DNA of 64,000 nt. Source: an uncultured Candidatus Saccharibacteria bacterium. Lineage in GTDB: Bacteria > Patescibacteriota > Minisyncoccia > Phycocordibacterales > PALSA-1337. The stretch lies in assembly GCA_964470105.1 (NCBI GenBank), contig CAYXZI010000002.1, forward strand, positions 8,644 to 72,643, given 5' to 3'. Of the stretch, positions 19,733 through 28,657 are shown piece after piece (position 1 is the first letter of the stretch; every line of letters starts with the position of its first letter). Below the pieces are notes generated by a model, which was given only the letters and a program-made list of their open reading frames with translations, was not told the origin of the DNA and made no database searches. Both the position numbers and the translations under genes were made by a program.

Positions 19733-19860
19733 ATCAGTTTGTTGGCACTAACAAATTGATATCGCCACTAAAATAAATTGACCATTTTGTTAGTGCTAAA
19801 AATGGTTTTTATCTTTTTAATGGCTAATTTACATCAATTTGCCAGCATCGGAAAATTGAT
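19733..19860. repeat. Three degenerate 26-28 bp palindromic repeats between ileS and argS
   Basis: ATCAGTTTGTTGGCACTAACAAATTGAT (19733), ACCATTTTGTTAGTGCTAAAAATGGT (19781), ATCAATTTGCCAGCATCGGAAAATTGAT (19833). Confidence 0.6.
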
Positions 19861-19915
19861 CCGCTATTTAAATACTGGTACGACTAACACAAAACTGCAA
19901 GTTTGTTTTATATCC

Positions 19916-21592
19916 TCACATCCTCTCTGGCACCTTAATTCCCAAAATCCATAACCCATTCTTCATGGTTTGCACAAAGACTTTTGTTATAAGCACCCTA
20001 TATGGTGAAAGTGCATCCTTCTCATCCAATATCTGATTATTCGCATAGTATGCATTGAAAGCTGAAGAAAGTTCTGTAAGGTATGTAACGATATAGTGTG
20101 GCGCATACTCTAGTCTTGCTCTTTCTATTATTTCTGGGAAACGTATAAGAGTTTTTTCGAAAGCACTAACGACATCTGGCAGTGTGTTAACTTCCTTATC
20201 ACTAGCCTTATTCACCACTGCCTGTGCTCTTACTGTTGCATATTGTAGATATGGACCTGAATCACCTTCGAATGATAGTGCTTTATTCGGATCATATATA
20301 ATATCTCCACCTATTGATTGGCGAAGTATTATGTATTTTAGTCCTGCTATTGCAATCTGATTATTTATTTCTCCTTTTTCCTTTGATGTAAAATCTCTAT
20401 CTTTAGTCTTATCCTCAACCAAAACCTCAAAGTCCTTTATCAATACTTCAGCCGGTACTACATTCCCTTTTCTTGATGACATCTTTCCTGAAGCTGGTCT
20501 TAAGAGACCATGACTCATGTGTTTTGTTTTCTCCCCTATATTTTTATCTATTTGTTTTAAAGCCTGTAGAACTACTCGAAAATATGCGTCCTGCTCATTT
20601 GCAGTTACGATAATCGACTCATTGAGCTTTGGATATATTTCAAATTTCTTTTTATTCAATCCCAATTCCTTCGCTTCATAAGTCGGTAATCCTTGTGAAT
20701 TGATAAATACTCGAGTATGCTCTCCATACTTCTCTCCAGGGAAAACTATAGCTCCTTCACTTTCTTCAAAGATTCCTTTCTTTAGAAATTCTTTAACAAT
20801 CCTTATACCGTCATCAGCAACTTCTGATTCAAAAAAGAAGTTATTAAATTTTGTTCCTAGCTTTTCATATACTCCATCAAAGTACTCTAGACTTAATTTT
20901 CTTCCTGCTTCATAGATTTTATTTATCTCTGGATCTGATTTTTCAAATATCTTTTTATTTATTTCTACTATCTCGACTTTTGCCTTTTCATCTTCATCAT
21001 ATTTACTTGAACCTAGTACGTACATCTCTCCCAGATATGTTATATCATCCTTATATTTACCATCTTTAACTATTGCCCAAATAGTCTTTGCTACATGCAA
21101 TCCAACATCTCCTTGATAACATGCACGAATGACTTTGGCACCAGATGCTTCCACAATTCTTGAAATTGATTCCCCTATAGTATTTGCCATTAGATGACCT
21201 ATGTGAAAAACCTTAAATGGATTTGGATCTGTGTACTCCACCATTATTTCCTTACCTTTATCCAAATCTATTTTCCCAAAGTTTTCTATATCTTTACTTA
21301 TCTTTAATATTTCATTTGTAAAATATGAATCTTTGATTTTAAAATTAATGAATCCGGGACCTGCGACTTCTATTGCCTTTATATTTTTCAAATCTCTTTC
21401 TTTGCAAAGTTCTACTATTTTCTCAGCCAAAGCTTTTGGATTCACCTTTAAGGTCTTTGCATAGACCATGGCGACGTTACAAGAGAAATCGCCATGATTC
21501 ATATCCTCAGGATGTACAAGCTCTATCTTAGCATCAGAAATACCGACTTTCTCAGTAGCTTCTATTAGTAATTTAGTTATTTCCTTAATCAT
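19916..21592 (-). CDS. argS: Arginine--tRNA ligase
   Basis: HGDFSCNVAM, AGPGFINF, EYTDPNPFKVFHIGH, KMSSRKG, GPYLQYA, VPERM. Confidence 0.97.
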   Translation of the reverse strand: MIKEITKLLIEATEKVGISDAKIELVHPEDMNHGDFSCNVAMVYAKTLKVNPKALAEKIVELCKERDLKNIKAIEVAGPGFINFKIKDSYFTNEILKISKDIENFGKIDLDKGKEIMVEYTDPNPFKVFHIGHLMANTIGESISRIVEASGAKVIRACYQGDVGLHVAKTIWAIVKDGKYKDDITYLGEMYVLGSSKYDEDEKAKVEIVEINKKIFEKSDPEINKIYEAGRKLSLEYFDGVYEKLGTKFNNFFFESEVADDGIRIVKEFLKKGIFEESEGAIVFPGEKYGEHTRVFINSQGLPTYEAKELGLNKKKFEIYPKLNESIIVTANEQDAYFRVVLQALKQIDKNIGEKTKHMSHGLLRPASGKMSSRKGNVVPAEVLIKDFEVLVEDKTKDRDFTSKEKGEINNQIAIAGLKYIILRQSIGGDIIYDPNKALSFEGDSGPYLQYATVRAQAVVNKASDKEVNTLPDVVSAFEKTLIRFPEIIERARLEYAPHYIVTYLTELSSAFNAYYANNQILDEKDALSPYRVLITKVFVQTMKNGLWILGIKVPERM

Positions 21593-21667
21593 TTATTCAT
21601 TCTAGCATCAAAGGGAGTTTTTAAAAAATATTTGATCTTATCATATTAATATGGTATATTATCTGTA

Positions 21668-21779
21668 GTCGCTCCTCTTGTGTGTACTCGCTGCCATAGC
21701 GAGTCTTGGATCGACACGGTGATACATACCCAGTCACCGTTCGCCACCCCCTTGCGCAATTCGGCGCAAGGGGGTTTGT
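21668..21779 (+). ncRNA. Putative structured small RNA A (unknown family)
   Basis: Promoter TTGATC-N17-TATATT; GC-rich hairpins ACTCGCT/AGCGAGT, CGGTGA/TCACCG; terminal ACCCCCTTGCGC/GCGCAAGGGGGT followed by T; no credible ORF. Confidence 0.55.
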
Positions 21780-21822
21780 CGTATATATTGCATACTTTTA
21801 ATAATCGTGGTACTTTTCTATC

Positions 21823-21975
21823 AGCCTATCCTTGAATTGATTGTAAACAGAGGCCGGAATGAACGGGCCAACTGTACAAGGTTATAGAGGATAGCCTCAA
21901 TGGGGGTTTGCTCGGATTTGACCCACTGAGACCCTGTACCCTCTCCGCGCTTGGCGGAGAGGGCTTCTCTTTTTT
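21823..21975 (+). ncRNA. Putative structured small RNA B (unknown family)
   Basis: Promoter TTGCAT-N17-TACTTT; long irregular hairpin (CTATCCT/AGGATAG, TTGTA/TACAA, ACAG/CTGT, GGCC/GGCC), second hairpin CTCAATGGG/CCCACTGAG, terminator CCCTCTCCGC/GCGGAGAGGG plus T-run. Confidence 0.55.
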
Positions 21976-22025
21976 ATCTAAAAGGATATACCCCTTACTG
22001 CGACATAGGAATGTGGCGAGGAATT

Positions 22026-23225
22026 TTATTTCCTCAAAATCTTATTGATTCTCTCCGCTATCTTTTTCATATCTTTTTCCTTCTTTCCTCTAGTGGTTTC
22101 AGCTGCAGTTCCTAGACGGATACCGGATGGATCGACAGGTGGTCTAGTATCGTAAGGTATAGCATTCTTATTCACAATAATTCCCTCTTTTTCTAATTTA
22201 TCACTAGCCACTTTACCTGATATACCCTTACCATCCATCCAGGTATCAACCAATATTAGATGACTATCTGTGCCACCAGAAATTATTCTCCATCCCATAT
22301 TAGACAACTCAGAAGCAAGAACTTTTGCATTCTTTTTTATTTGTGTTGCATATTTCTTAAAAGCTGGTGATGCTGCCTCCTTTAATGCAACTGCCACAGC
22401 AGCAACCTGATTTAAATGTGGTCCTCCTTGTAGACCTGGAAATACCGCCTTATCAATCAACTCACCTAATGTTTGTTCCTTACCATTTTTATTAACTATC
22501 TTTTTATCGTTTCGTGAGAAAATCATTGCACTACGCGGACCTCGAAGAGTTTTATGGACTGTTGTAGTAACAATATCAGCATATATAAATGGACTTGGAT
22601 ATACTCCACCCGCAACAAGACCCGCAATGTGTGACATATCTATCATTAGAAGTGCACCACAAGCATCTGCAACCTCTCTCAACTTTTTAAAATCAATCTC
22701 TCTAGGATAGGCTGTGTACCCACCAACAATTATTGCTGGTTTTTCTCTTAATGCAATTTCCTTTAATGAATCGTAGTTAAGTACCTCAGTATTCTTATCA
22801 ACTCCATATGGTACTTGCATCCAAAACTTACCTGTTGCTGAGACCTTATATCCGTGTGTTAAATGACCACCCTGATCAAGAGACATTCCCATTATCTTCC
22901 CACCTTGTGGTACGAGCGCTAGGTATACAGCAAGATTCGCGGGTGATCCTGACAAAGCCTGAACATTTACATGCCAATCATTTGACTTAAGTTTAAAAAG
23001 TTTTAGTGCTCTTTCTATAGCCAAGTTTTCAATCTTATCGACTACTTCATTGCCGCCATAATACCTATGTCCCGGATATCCTTCTGCATACTTATTTGTT
23101 AATTCAGAACCCAAAGCTTCAAGCACATCTTTTGAAACAATATTCTCAGATGCAATGAGATTTACAACTGATTTCTGTCTCTTCTTCTCTGCTTCCATTA
23201 GTTTCTTTATTTGTGTATCTTTCAT
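22026..23225 (-). CDS. glyA: Serine hydroxymethyltransferase
   Basis: LIASEN, NKYAEGYPG.RYYGG, GGHLTHG, TTTVHKTLRGPR, FPGLQGGP. Confidence 0.98.
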   Translation of the reverse strand: MKDTQIKKLMEAEKKRQKSVVNLIASENIVSKDVLEALGSELTNKYAEGYPGHRYYGGNEVVDKIENLAIERALKLFKLKSNDWHVNVQALSGSPANLAVYLALVPQGGKIMGMSLDQGGHLTHGYKVSATGKFWMQVPYGVDKNTEVLNYDSLKEIALREKPAIIVGGYTAYPREIDFKKLREVADACGALLMIDMSHIAGLVAGGVYPSPFIYADIVTTTVHKTLRGPRSAMIFSRNDKKIVNKNGKEQTLGELIDKAVFPGLQGGPHLNQVAAVAVALKEAASPAFKKYATQIKKNAKVLASELSNMGWRIISGGTDSHLILVDTWMDGKGISGKVASDKLEKEGIIVNKNAIPYDTRPPVDPSGIRLGTAAETTRGKKEKDMKKIAERINKILRK

Positions 23226-23358
23226 GGGATTATTGATTATGGGAATAATGATTAAATATTATCACTTTAGGTATATATATCAAAAAGATTTTGGGTTATG
23301 AAACAGAAAGTGATTTAGTGCAATATTGCACATTGAAAATCAAGTAATACAATTAGGA

Positions 23359-24057
23359 ATGGATGGTTCAATTTTCGAAATTATGAGCTCGAGAAAAAAG
23401 AGGGTGAGTGAATTGGACCGAATCCTCAAATTCGTTCAGTTTACAATATCCTTTCAACAGATCCAGAGGATGGTTCGGGCAACGGGCGAACATCGGTGGG
23501 AGAATGACGCTGAACACTCCTATCAATTAGCAATCGTTGCTTGGTACATCATTAACAGCAAAAACCTGTCTTTAGATTTGGGCAAAGTGCTGAAATATGC
23601 CATTGTCCACGATCTTCCGGAACTATTTGCTGGTGATGCGTGTGCTTTCATTGACAGCGCCGCGGTGATGGATGGTAAACATGCAAGAGAGATGGCTGCT
23701 ATCCAGAAACTCCGGGCTGAACTCCCTGAGTTTTCAGAACTTCACGAAGCCCTGCTCAAGTATGAAAGTAGAACTGATCCTGAGGCGAAGTTTGTTTACG
23801 CCCTAGACAAGGTACTTCCCATGTACGTCATTCTTCTTGACGAAGGAAAAACCTGGAGACAGTTCAACACAGGGTTCGACACAATGCTTGGGGAGAAGGC
23901 AGGCAAAATACGCAAATGCCCCCATAGTTCAAAGCTGCTAGATTCAATCCTGGCAGAATTGAACGCACGGCAGGGTGAACTCTTTCCACCCAAGGCGCCA
24001 CCACTTGATACGGAAGATATCATTCGTGTGCCACAGCGAGTATTCGCTGCTGCATAA
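23359..24057 (+). CDS. HD-domain phosphohydrolase (YfbR/HDDC2-like 5'-deoxynucleotidase family); start may instead be 23383
   Basis: ENDAEHSY, VHDLPELFAGD, EAKFVYALDK; own promoter TTGCAC-N16-TACAAT and terminator hairpin at about 24064-24096. Confidence 0.8.
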   Translation: MDGSIFEIMSSRKKRVSELDRILKFVQFTISFQQIQRMVRATGEHRWENDAEHSYQLAIVAWYIINSKNLSLDLGKVLKYAIVHDLPELFAGDACAFIDSAAVMDGKHAREMAAIQKLRAELPEFSELHEALLKYESRTDPEAKFVYALDKVLPMYVILLDEGKTWRQFNTGFDTMLGEKAGKIRKCPHSSKLLDSILAELNARQGELFPPKAPPLDTEDIIRVPQRVFAAA

Positions 24058-24087
24058 TACACTGGCCGTACCCTATCGGAGGGACGG

Positions 24088-24552
24088 CTAGATTTTTTCT
24101 ACCCTAAACCCTGGCAGCATTTTCTGATTCTCATCAAATGAGAAATATCCTTTTACCTTCTCTCCTTTTATCGCTCTTGGTAACCAATTTGGATCATCTT
24201 CCCACATTTTGTCGAATGGTAAGTTTGTCTTCTTATACCACTGTGGTTTCATCTCTTCGGACTCAGTTGGTTCCCCTTCCCACTTTGATATGAAATATAC
24301 ATTTACTTCTTGATTCCACTCTGGTTTATTTACAAAAATAAATTCTAGCATTGCAACCGTTTCCATATCTTCCTTCTTCACCTTAACCCCTATCTCTTCC
24401 TCAATCTCCCGTATTGCAGCATCCTCTACACTTTCATTTTCCTTCACTTTTCCTCCAACACCATTCCATCTACCAATACCAAATCCTCTCTTCTTCATGG
24501 CTAAAAGTATTTCATCTTCCCTTATTAAAAAGCATAAATTTGTCTTTTTCAT
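24088..24552 (-). CDS. NUDIX hydrolase, MTH1/NUDT1-like oxidized purine dNTP sanitizer
   Basis: ILLAMKKRGFGIGRWNGVGGKV, Nudix box REIEEEIG, ESEEMKPQW, MWEDD. Confidence 0.88.
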   Translation of the reverse strand: MKKTNLCFLIREDEILLAMKKRGFGIGRWNGVGGKVKENESVEDAAIREIEEEIGVKVKKEDMETVAMLEFIFVNKPEWNQEVNVYFISKWEGEPTESEEMKPQWYKKTNLPFDKMWEDDPNWLPRAIKGEKVKGYFSFDENQKMLPGFRVEKI

Positions 24553-24553
24553 A

Positions 24554-24979
24554 CTATTGTTTACCAGTACTACCAAATCTCCCTTCTCCTCTTGAAGAAT
24601 CACTTAATTCTTTTACTTCTTCAAACTGAGCTATGGCAACAGGGATGATTACAAGTTGTGCTAGTTTATCTCCTTTTTTTATATGATACGATTCCTGTCC
24701 GAGATTTATTAGATTCACATTATATTCCCCTCTGTATCCAGCATCAAAAACTCCTCCCATACTGTGTATGCCTGCATTCTTAGGTAGGCTTCCTTTGTCT
24801 TTAACTATGGCGGCATATCCATGATCAAACTCAAGTGCAAAACCAGTAAAGAATATTTTTCTCTCCCCTGGTTTCAGTTCATAATCCTCTAAAGAATACA
24901 TATCTAATCCCACATCTCCTGGATGTGCATAACTTGGAAGTTTTGCATCTTCTTTTAATTTCTTTATTTTTACCTTCAT
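24554..24979 (-). CDS. dut: dUTP diphosphatase
   Basis: GDVGLD, GVFDAGYRGE, KGDKLAQ, RGEGRFGSTG. Confidence 0.95.
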   Translation of the reverse strand: MKVKIKKLKEDAKLPSYAHPGDVGLDMYSLEDYELKPGERKIFFTGFALEFDHGYAAIVKDKGSLPKNAGIHSMGGVFDAGYRGEYNVNLINLGQESYHIKKGDKLAQLVIIPVAIAQFEEVKELSDSSRGEGRFGSTGKQ

Positions 24980-25004
24980 ATATCGTATATGATACAATAT
25001 TAAT

Positions 25005-25916
25005 ATGAAACCATACAATGAAAGAACACCCGATACTCAGTATCGAGATATATTAAAAAAGATATTGGATCATGGTACTAAAAGTATTACACCCCAAGGT
25101 ACTGATGCCATTAGTCTTATGGCACCAGGTTCTATGCATTTTAAGTTGAACAATGGATACCCTTTAATTACAGAAAGAAATATGGCTCCAAATATTTCAG
25201 AGAGACTACCTGTCACTATATGGCAGCAAGCTGTTGGTGAAATATTTGCATTCATAAATGGTGCAAGAACTCAGGAAGAACTATTAAAATTTGGATGTAC
25301 TTGGTGGTCATCTTGGGTCACCGAAGAGAAGTGTAAGAAGCGTGGACTTGAGACTGGAGATCTCGGCCCAGGATCATATGGAGCGGCTTTTCATGATTTC
25401 CCTACATCAGAAGGAACAACGTACAATCAATTCCAAAATATTATCGAGCAAATGAAAGAATTACCTCATCTTAAAACTCATTTCATTTCTCCTTGGATAC
25501 CACAGTATATTATTAGAGGTAAAGGTAAACAACAGAAAGTTGTTGTTGCTCCATGTCATGGTTGGTTACACTTTAGAATACTTGATAACAAGCTAACTAT
25601 GCATATGATACAGAGATCTGGTGACTTTCCTGTTGGTGTTCCATCTAATATGGCACAGTACGGGGCTTTAGCACTAGCTATTGCACAAGTTCTTGGAATC
25701 GAAGCTGATGAATATATTCATACCGTTTCTGATGCACATATATTCGTAGATCAAATACCAGCTGTTGAGACCATGCTATCACGTGAACCTAAGGCATTCC
25801 CTACCCTTACTGTAAACAAGGACAAGATGAATATATTCGATTTTAGAAAAGAAGACTTTACTCTTTCTGACTACAATCCTCATCCAGGAATTAAGGGTAT
25901 ACCAGTAGCGATATAG
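25005..25916 (+). CDS. thyA: Thymidylate synthase (divergent ThyA)
   Basis: APCH catalytic Cys, QRSGDFPVGVPSNMAQY, DAHIF, YNPHPGIKGIPVAI. Confidence 0.9.
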   Translation: MKPYNERTPDTQYRDILKKILDHGTKSITPQGTDAISLMAPGSMHFKLNNGYPLITERNMAPNISERLPVTIWQQAVGEIFAFINGARTQEELLKFGCTWWSSWVTEEKCKKRGLETGDLGPGSYGAAFHDFPTSEGTTYNQFQNIIEQMKELPHLKTHFISPWIPQYIIRGKGKQQKVVVAPCHGWLHFRILDNKLTMHMIQRSGDFPVGVPSNMAQYGALALAIAQVLGIEADEYIHTVSDAHIFVDQIPAVETMLSREPKAFPTLTVNKDKMNIFDFRKEDFTLSDYNPHPGIKGIPVAI

Positions 25917-25918
25917 AT

Positions 25919-26386
25919 ATGGCAAAAGAATTTGTACATGTAGAGAATAGCAGGCAAGAATATCAGAAAAAAGTAATGCTTGAAATTGCTGCGAACAAGC
26001 ATTGTCCTTTTTGTACGGAACATTTAGAAAAGTATCACAAAAATCCAATTATTAAAAAGGGTAAATTTTGGACTCTCACAGACAATCAGTGGCCATATGA
26101 GAAAGTGAAGCATCAACTACTGGCAATATACAACACTCATATCGAACATTTAAATGATATGGATAACGAGGCAGGTGCTGAACTTATTCAAATGTTTAAA
26201 GACGAATCAATTAAAAGAAATATTCCTGGTGGTGGTATTGCAATTAGATTTGGAAGCAATCCAGAACATGGAACTTATGGTAATTCCGTATTTCATATTC
26301 ATGCGCACATGATTGAACCTGATCTAGCCAAACTTGAATCTGAGGAGTCGTGGAAATTTAGTTTTGGTAAGGGAAAGAAGAGGTAG
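25919..26386 (+). CDS. HIT-family nucleotide hydrolase/transferase
   Basis: CPFC, NQWPY, SVFHIHAH histidine triad. Confidence 0.85.
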   Translation: MAKEFVHVENSRQEYQKKVMLEIAANKHCPFCTEHLEKYHKNPIIKKGKFWTLTDNQWPYEKVKHQLLAIYNTHIEHLNDMDNEAGAELIQMFKDESIKRNIPGGGIAIRFGSNPEHGTYGNSVFHIHAHMIEPDLAKLESEESWKFSFGKGKKR

Positions 26387-26393
26387 ATAGTAC

Positions 26394-26422
26394 AAATGGC
26401 GCCACGTCAGTAGCGCCATTTT
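26394..26422. terminator. Bidirectional terminator between the two HIT genes
   Basis: AAATGGCGC-loop-GCGCCATTTT. Confidence 0.7.
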
Positions 26423-26438
26423 GATTTCCTTTAGGGTT

Positions 26439-27056
26439 TCAGGAACTCTTAGTTACAGGCGGTGCGAGTTTGTCGCGCACCAAGTCTTGCTCCTCCGGTG
26501 TGAGTTCGTCGAAGCCGGATTCAACCCCCATGGCTGCTTCTGCATGGCGCATCTTCTCGAAGATACGGAGGATTGGGAGTTTCTTCTCAAGATCCGCTTG
26601 GGACTTGGCAATGGTCACCTCCACACGGTCGATGCCAGTGGGAACCTGATAGTTGACATGGAGGTGTGGGACGCTCTTGGCATTTCGAGCGGGGTCGCCG
26701 GAGCGGACGACGTACACTCCACCCTTGATGTCGTAGGTGCAATCAATCCACTTAATTGCCTCAAGGAGATGGACTGCCTCCATACCTTGCAAATCCCCGA
26801 AACGCTCAACGTGGCACTTGCTTGGTATGATGAACTGGTAGTCTTGGCCAGATCGCGGAGCGACCTTGTTCATCCAGACTCTCCAGCTTGGGTTCTCGAA
26901 GAGAACCTCGTTGACCGTAGGATCGATGGTGCAGAATGGACAGACTCCATTTCGAAGATCCTCGACCTTCCTGCAGTAGTATTCGTAGTTGCTGACGTTG
27001 AATAGCTGCCAGATTTGATCATCTGGCACCCTCAAGACATGGAATTCTGGGTACAT
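26439..27056 (-). CDS. Second HIT-like protein (variant triad HLHVN), GC-richer gene
   Basis: CPFC, IIPSKCHV, SVPHLHVN. Confidence 0.75.
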   Translation of the reverse strand: MYPEFHVLRVPDDQIWQLFNVSNYEYYCRKVEDLRNGVCPFCTIDPTVNEVLFENPSWRVWMNKVAPRSGQDYQFIIPSKCHVERFGDLQGMEAVHLLEAIKWIDCTYDIKGGVYVVRSGDPARNAKSVPHLHVNYQVPTGIDRVEVTIAKSQADLEKKLPILRIFEKMRHAEAAMGVESGFDELTPEEQDLVRDKLAPPVTKSS

Positions 27057-27140
27057 AGCACTGAAACGTTACAGTTATTGATGTGAGGGACAAATGTCCA
27101 AACGAACATTATCATACACCCATACAAACTTCAATCATAT

Positions 27141-27980
27141 CTACTCACCTTCCACAAAGATAATCTCCACCCCCATACTCTTCAATATCCTTTCTGCATC
27201 TAGTACACCATATCCTCCACGATAATATAGTTTTTTTATGCCGGCGTATGCTATCTGCTTTGCACATGGTGGACATGGAAAAGTTGTTACATACATCGAT
27301 GTACCTTCAAGGGATATACCTTTTTGCGCAGCTTCTGCTACTAATCCAGCCTCAGAATGAAGTGCTGTAGAAAGCTCAAGGTTAACACCCTTATGAAAAT
27401 CACTTCTTGGATCCCCATCAACATAAGGCATTTGCTCTACTGGTACGTGTCTATTGTGGGCCATCAGTACAATCTTTTTATTCTTCACCACTGCAGAAGC
27501 AATACCCCTCCAGAAGTCAGCGCTCTTCTTTGCCTCCCCTTTCAACATTGAAATTATTTCCTTATCAAACTTATCTTTTGAAATCTTCTGATCTATTTCA
27601 ACTGCCTGCTCTGCTGTTGATTTATGTTTATCCCACCTTAGGAAAATTGAATCGAATTCAATCTTTTTAATTTTAGGAAAATACTCATTCTGTAATTCAT
27701 GCATTATATCCTCATCTGGCATGACAATACTCTCTTTTATTGTATTTAGATTTTTAAGAAAGTTTATATCAACGACTTCGATAGAAGAAAAGATATTCCA
27801 GGTTTCAAGAGATTTTTTAATTAATTCTACAGGTAGAGCTCGTATATCTTTTACCAAAGGCACAAACTTTTCTTTTACCTCATCGCCTAATAGCATAAGC
27901 TTTGCACCTTTGTTTTTCTCAAAAAATCTCCTATATCCTTCATGGAGAACTGGTACATAGGCTATTACCACTTTCTTCAT
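27141..27980 (-). CDS. dCMP-deaminase-like zinc deaminase with extra N-terminal domain
   Basis: HSEAG (HxE) and TTFPCPPCAKQIAYAGIKK (PCxxC); about 130 aa N-terminal domain starting VIAYVPVLHEGY. Confidence 0.85.
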   Translation of the reverse strand: MKKVVIAYVPVLHEGYRRFFEKNKGAKLMLLGDEVKEKFVPLVKDIRALPVELIKKSLETWNIFSSIEVVDINFLKNLNTIKESIVMPDEDIMHELQNEYFPKIKKIEFDSIFLRWDKHKSTAEQAVEIDQKISKDKFDKEIISMLKGEAKKSADFWRGIASAVVKNKKIVLMAHNRHVPVEQMPYVDGDPRSDFHKGVNLELSTALHSEAGLVAEAAQKGISLEGTSMYVTTFPCPPCAKQIAYAGIKKLYYRGGYGVLDAERILKSMGVEIIFVEGE

Positions 27981-27981
27981 A

Positions 27982-28602
27982 CTATTTTTTAGTCTTAACC
28001 CCAGTTAGGGTTTCACTTATCATATCAGTTAGTCTTGGGATTATAGCTTTCTCAAACTTCTTTGCTATTTTAAGCTGCATAAGACGGATCTTTGCACTTG
28101 TTGAAGTCGTAGCCATAGGGTTTAGTATTACCACCTTTCCACATAGCGCAGAAAGTTCTTTCATCTCTGCCTTTGTATACTTTGCGTGTATTTCTTTTGT
28201 CATTATTAAAACATCAGGTTTTACTGCCTTTATCAAATGCCACCTTGGTGCATTATGTTCTTTCAAAGTTACAATATCCACTGAGCGTAGATGAGCAACC
28301 ATTTCCAATCTCTCCTCCTGTGGCACTATTGGACGATCTGGACCCTTTCTAGCTCTCACCTTCTTATCACTATCCACTCCTACAACCAGTAGGTCACCAT
28401 GTTTTTTTGCTTCTTCAAAGTATCTTGAGTGGCCAATATGTACCATATCGTACGTTCCCTGAGTGAGTACAATTTTTAGACCCAAACCCTTACAATGTGA
28501 AATTGTTTTTTCAAGTATTTTAAAATCTTGAATGAATCTATCCTTAAAGTTTGATCCTAGACCGAAAATTCCTCCGTTTGTAATTAATCCTTTTGGTTTC
28601 AT
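27982..28602 (-). CDS. Cytidylyltransferase-like (HxGH) nucleotidyltransferase, RfaE-II/TagD/RibL family
   Basis: TQGTYDMVHIGHSRY, LVVGVDSD, RKGPDRP..PQEER, STS motif. Confidence 0.88.
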   Translation of the reverse strand: MKPKGLITNGGIFGLGSNFKDRFIQDFKILEKTISHCKGLGLKIVLTQGTYDMVHIGHSRYFEEAKKHGDLLVVGVDSDKKVRARKGPDRPIVPQEERLEMVAHLRSVDIVTLKEHNAPRWHLIKAVKPDVLIMTKEIHAKYTKAEMKELSALCGKVVILNPMATTSTSAKIRLMQLKIAKKFEKAIIPRLTDMISETLTGVKTKK

Positions 28603-28657
28603 AATTTTTATTATACACTCAATTTATCACTTATCAGAATATGATACAATATTGACT

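Noticed and set aside
19733-19860. CRISPR array
   Set aside because: Only three poorly matching repeats, short uneven spacers and no cas genes
21668-21975. tRNA, SRP RNA, tmRNA, T-box or riboswitch identity for RNAs A and B
   Set aside because: No T-loop or cloverleaf, no SRP helix-8 motif, no T-box sequence, and no co-oriented downstream gene
26421-27005. 194 aa + strand ORF
   Set aside because: Antisense to the HIT2 gene, which has the recognisable motifs, promoter and terminator
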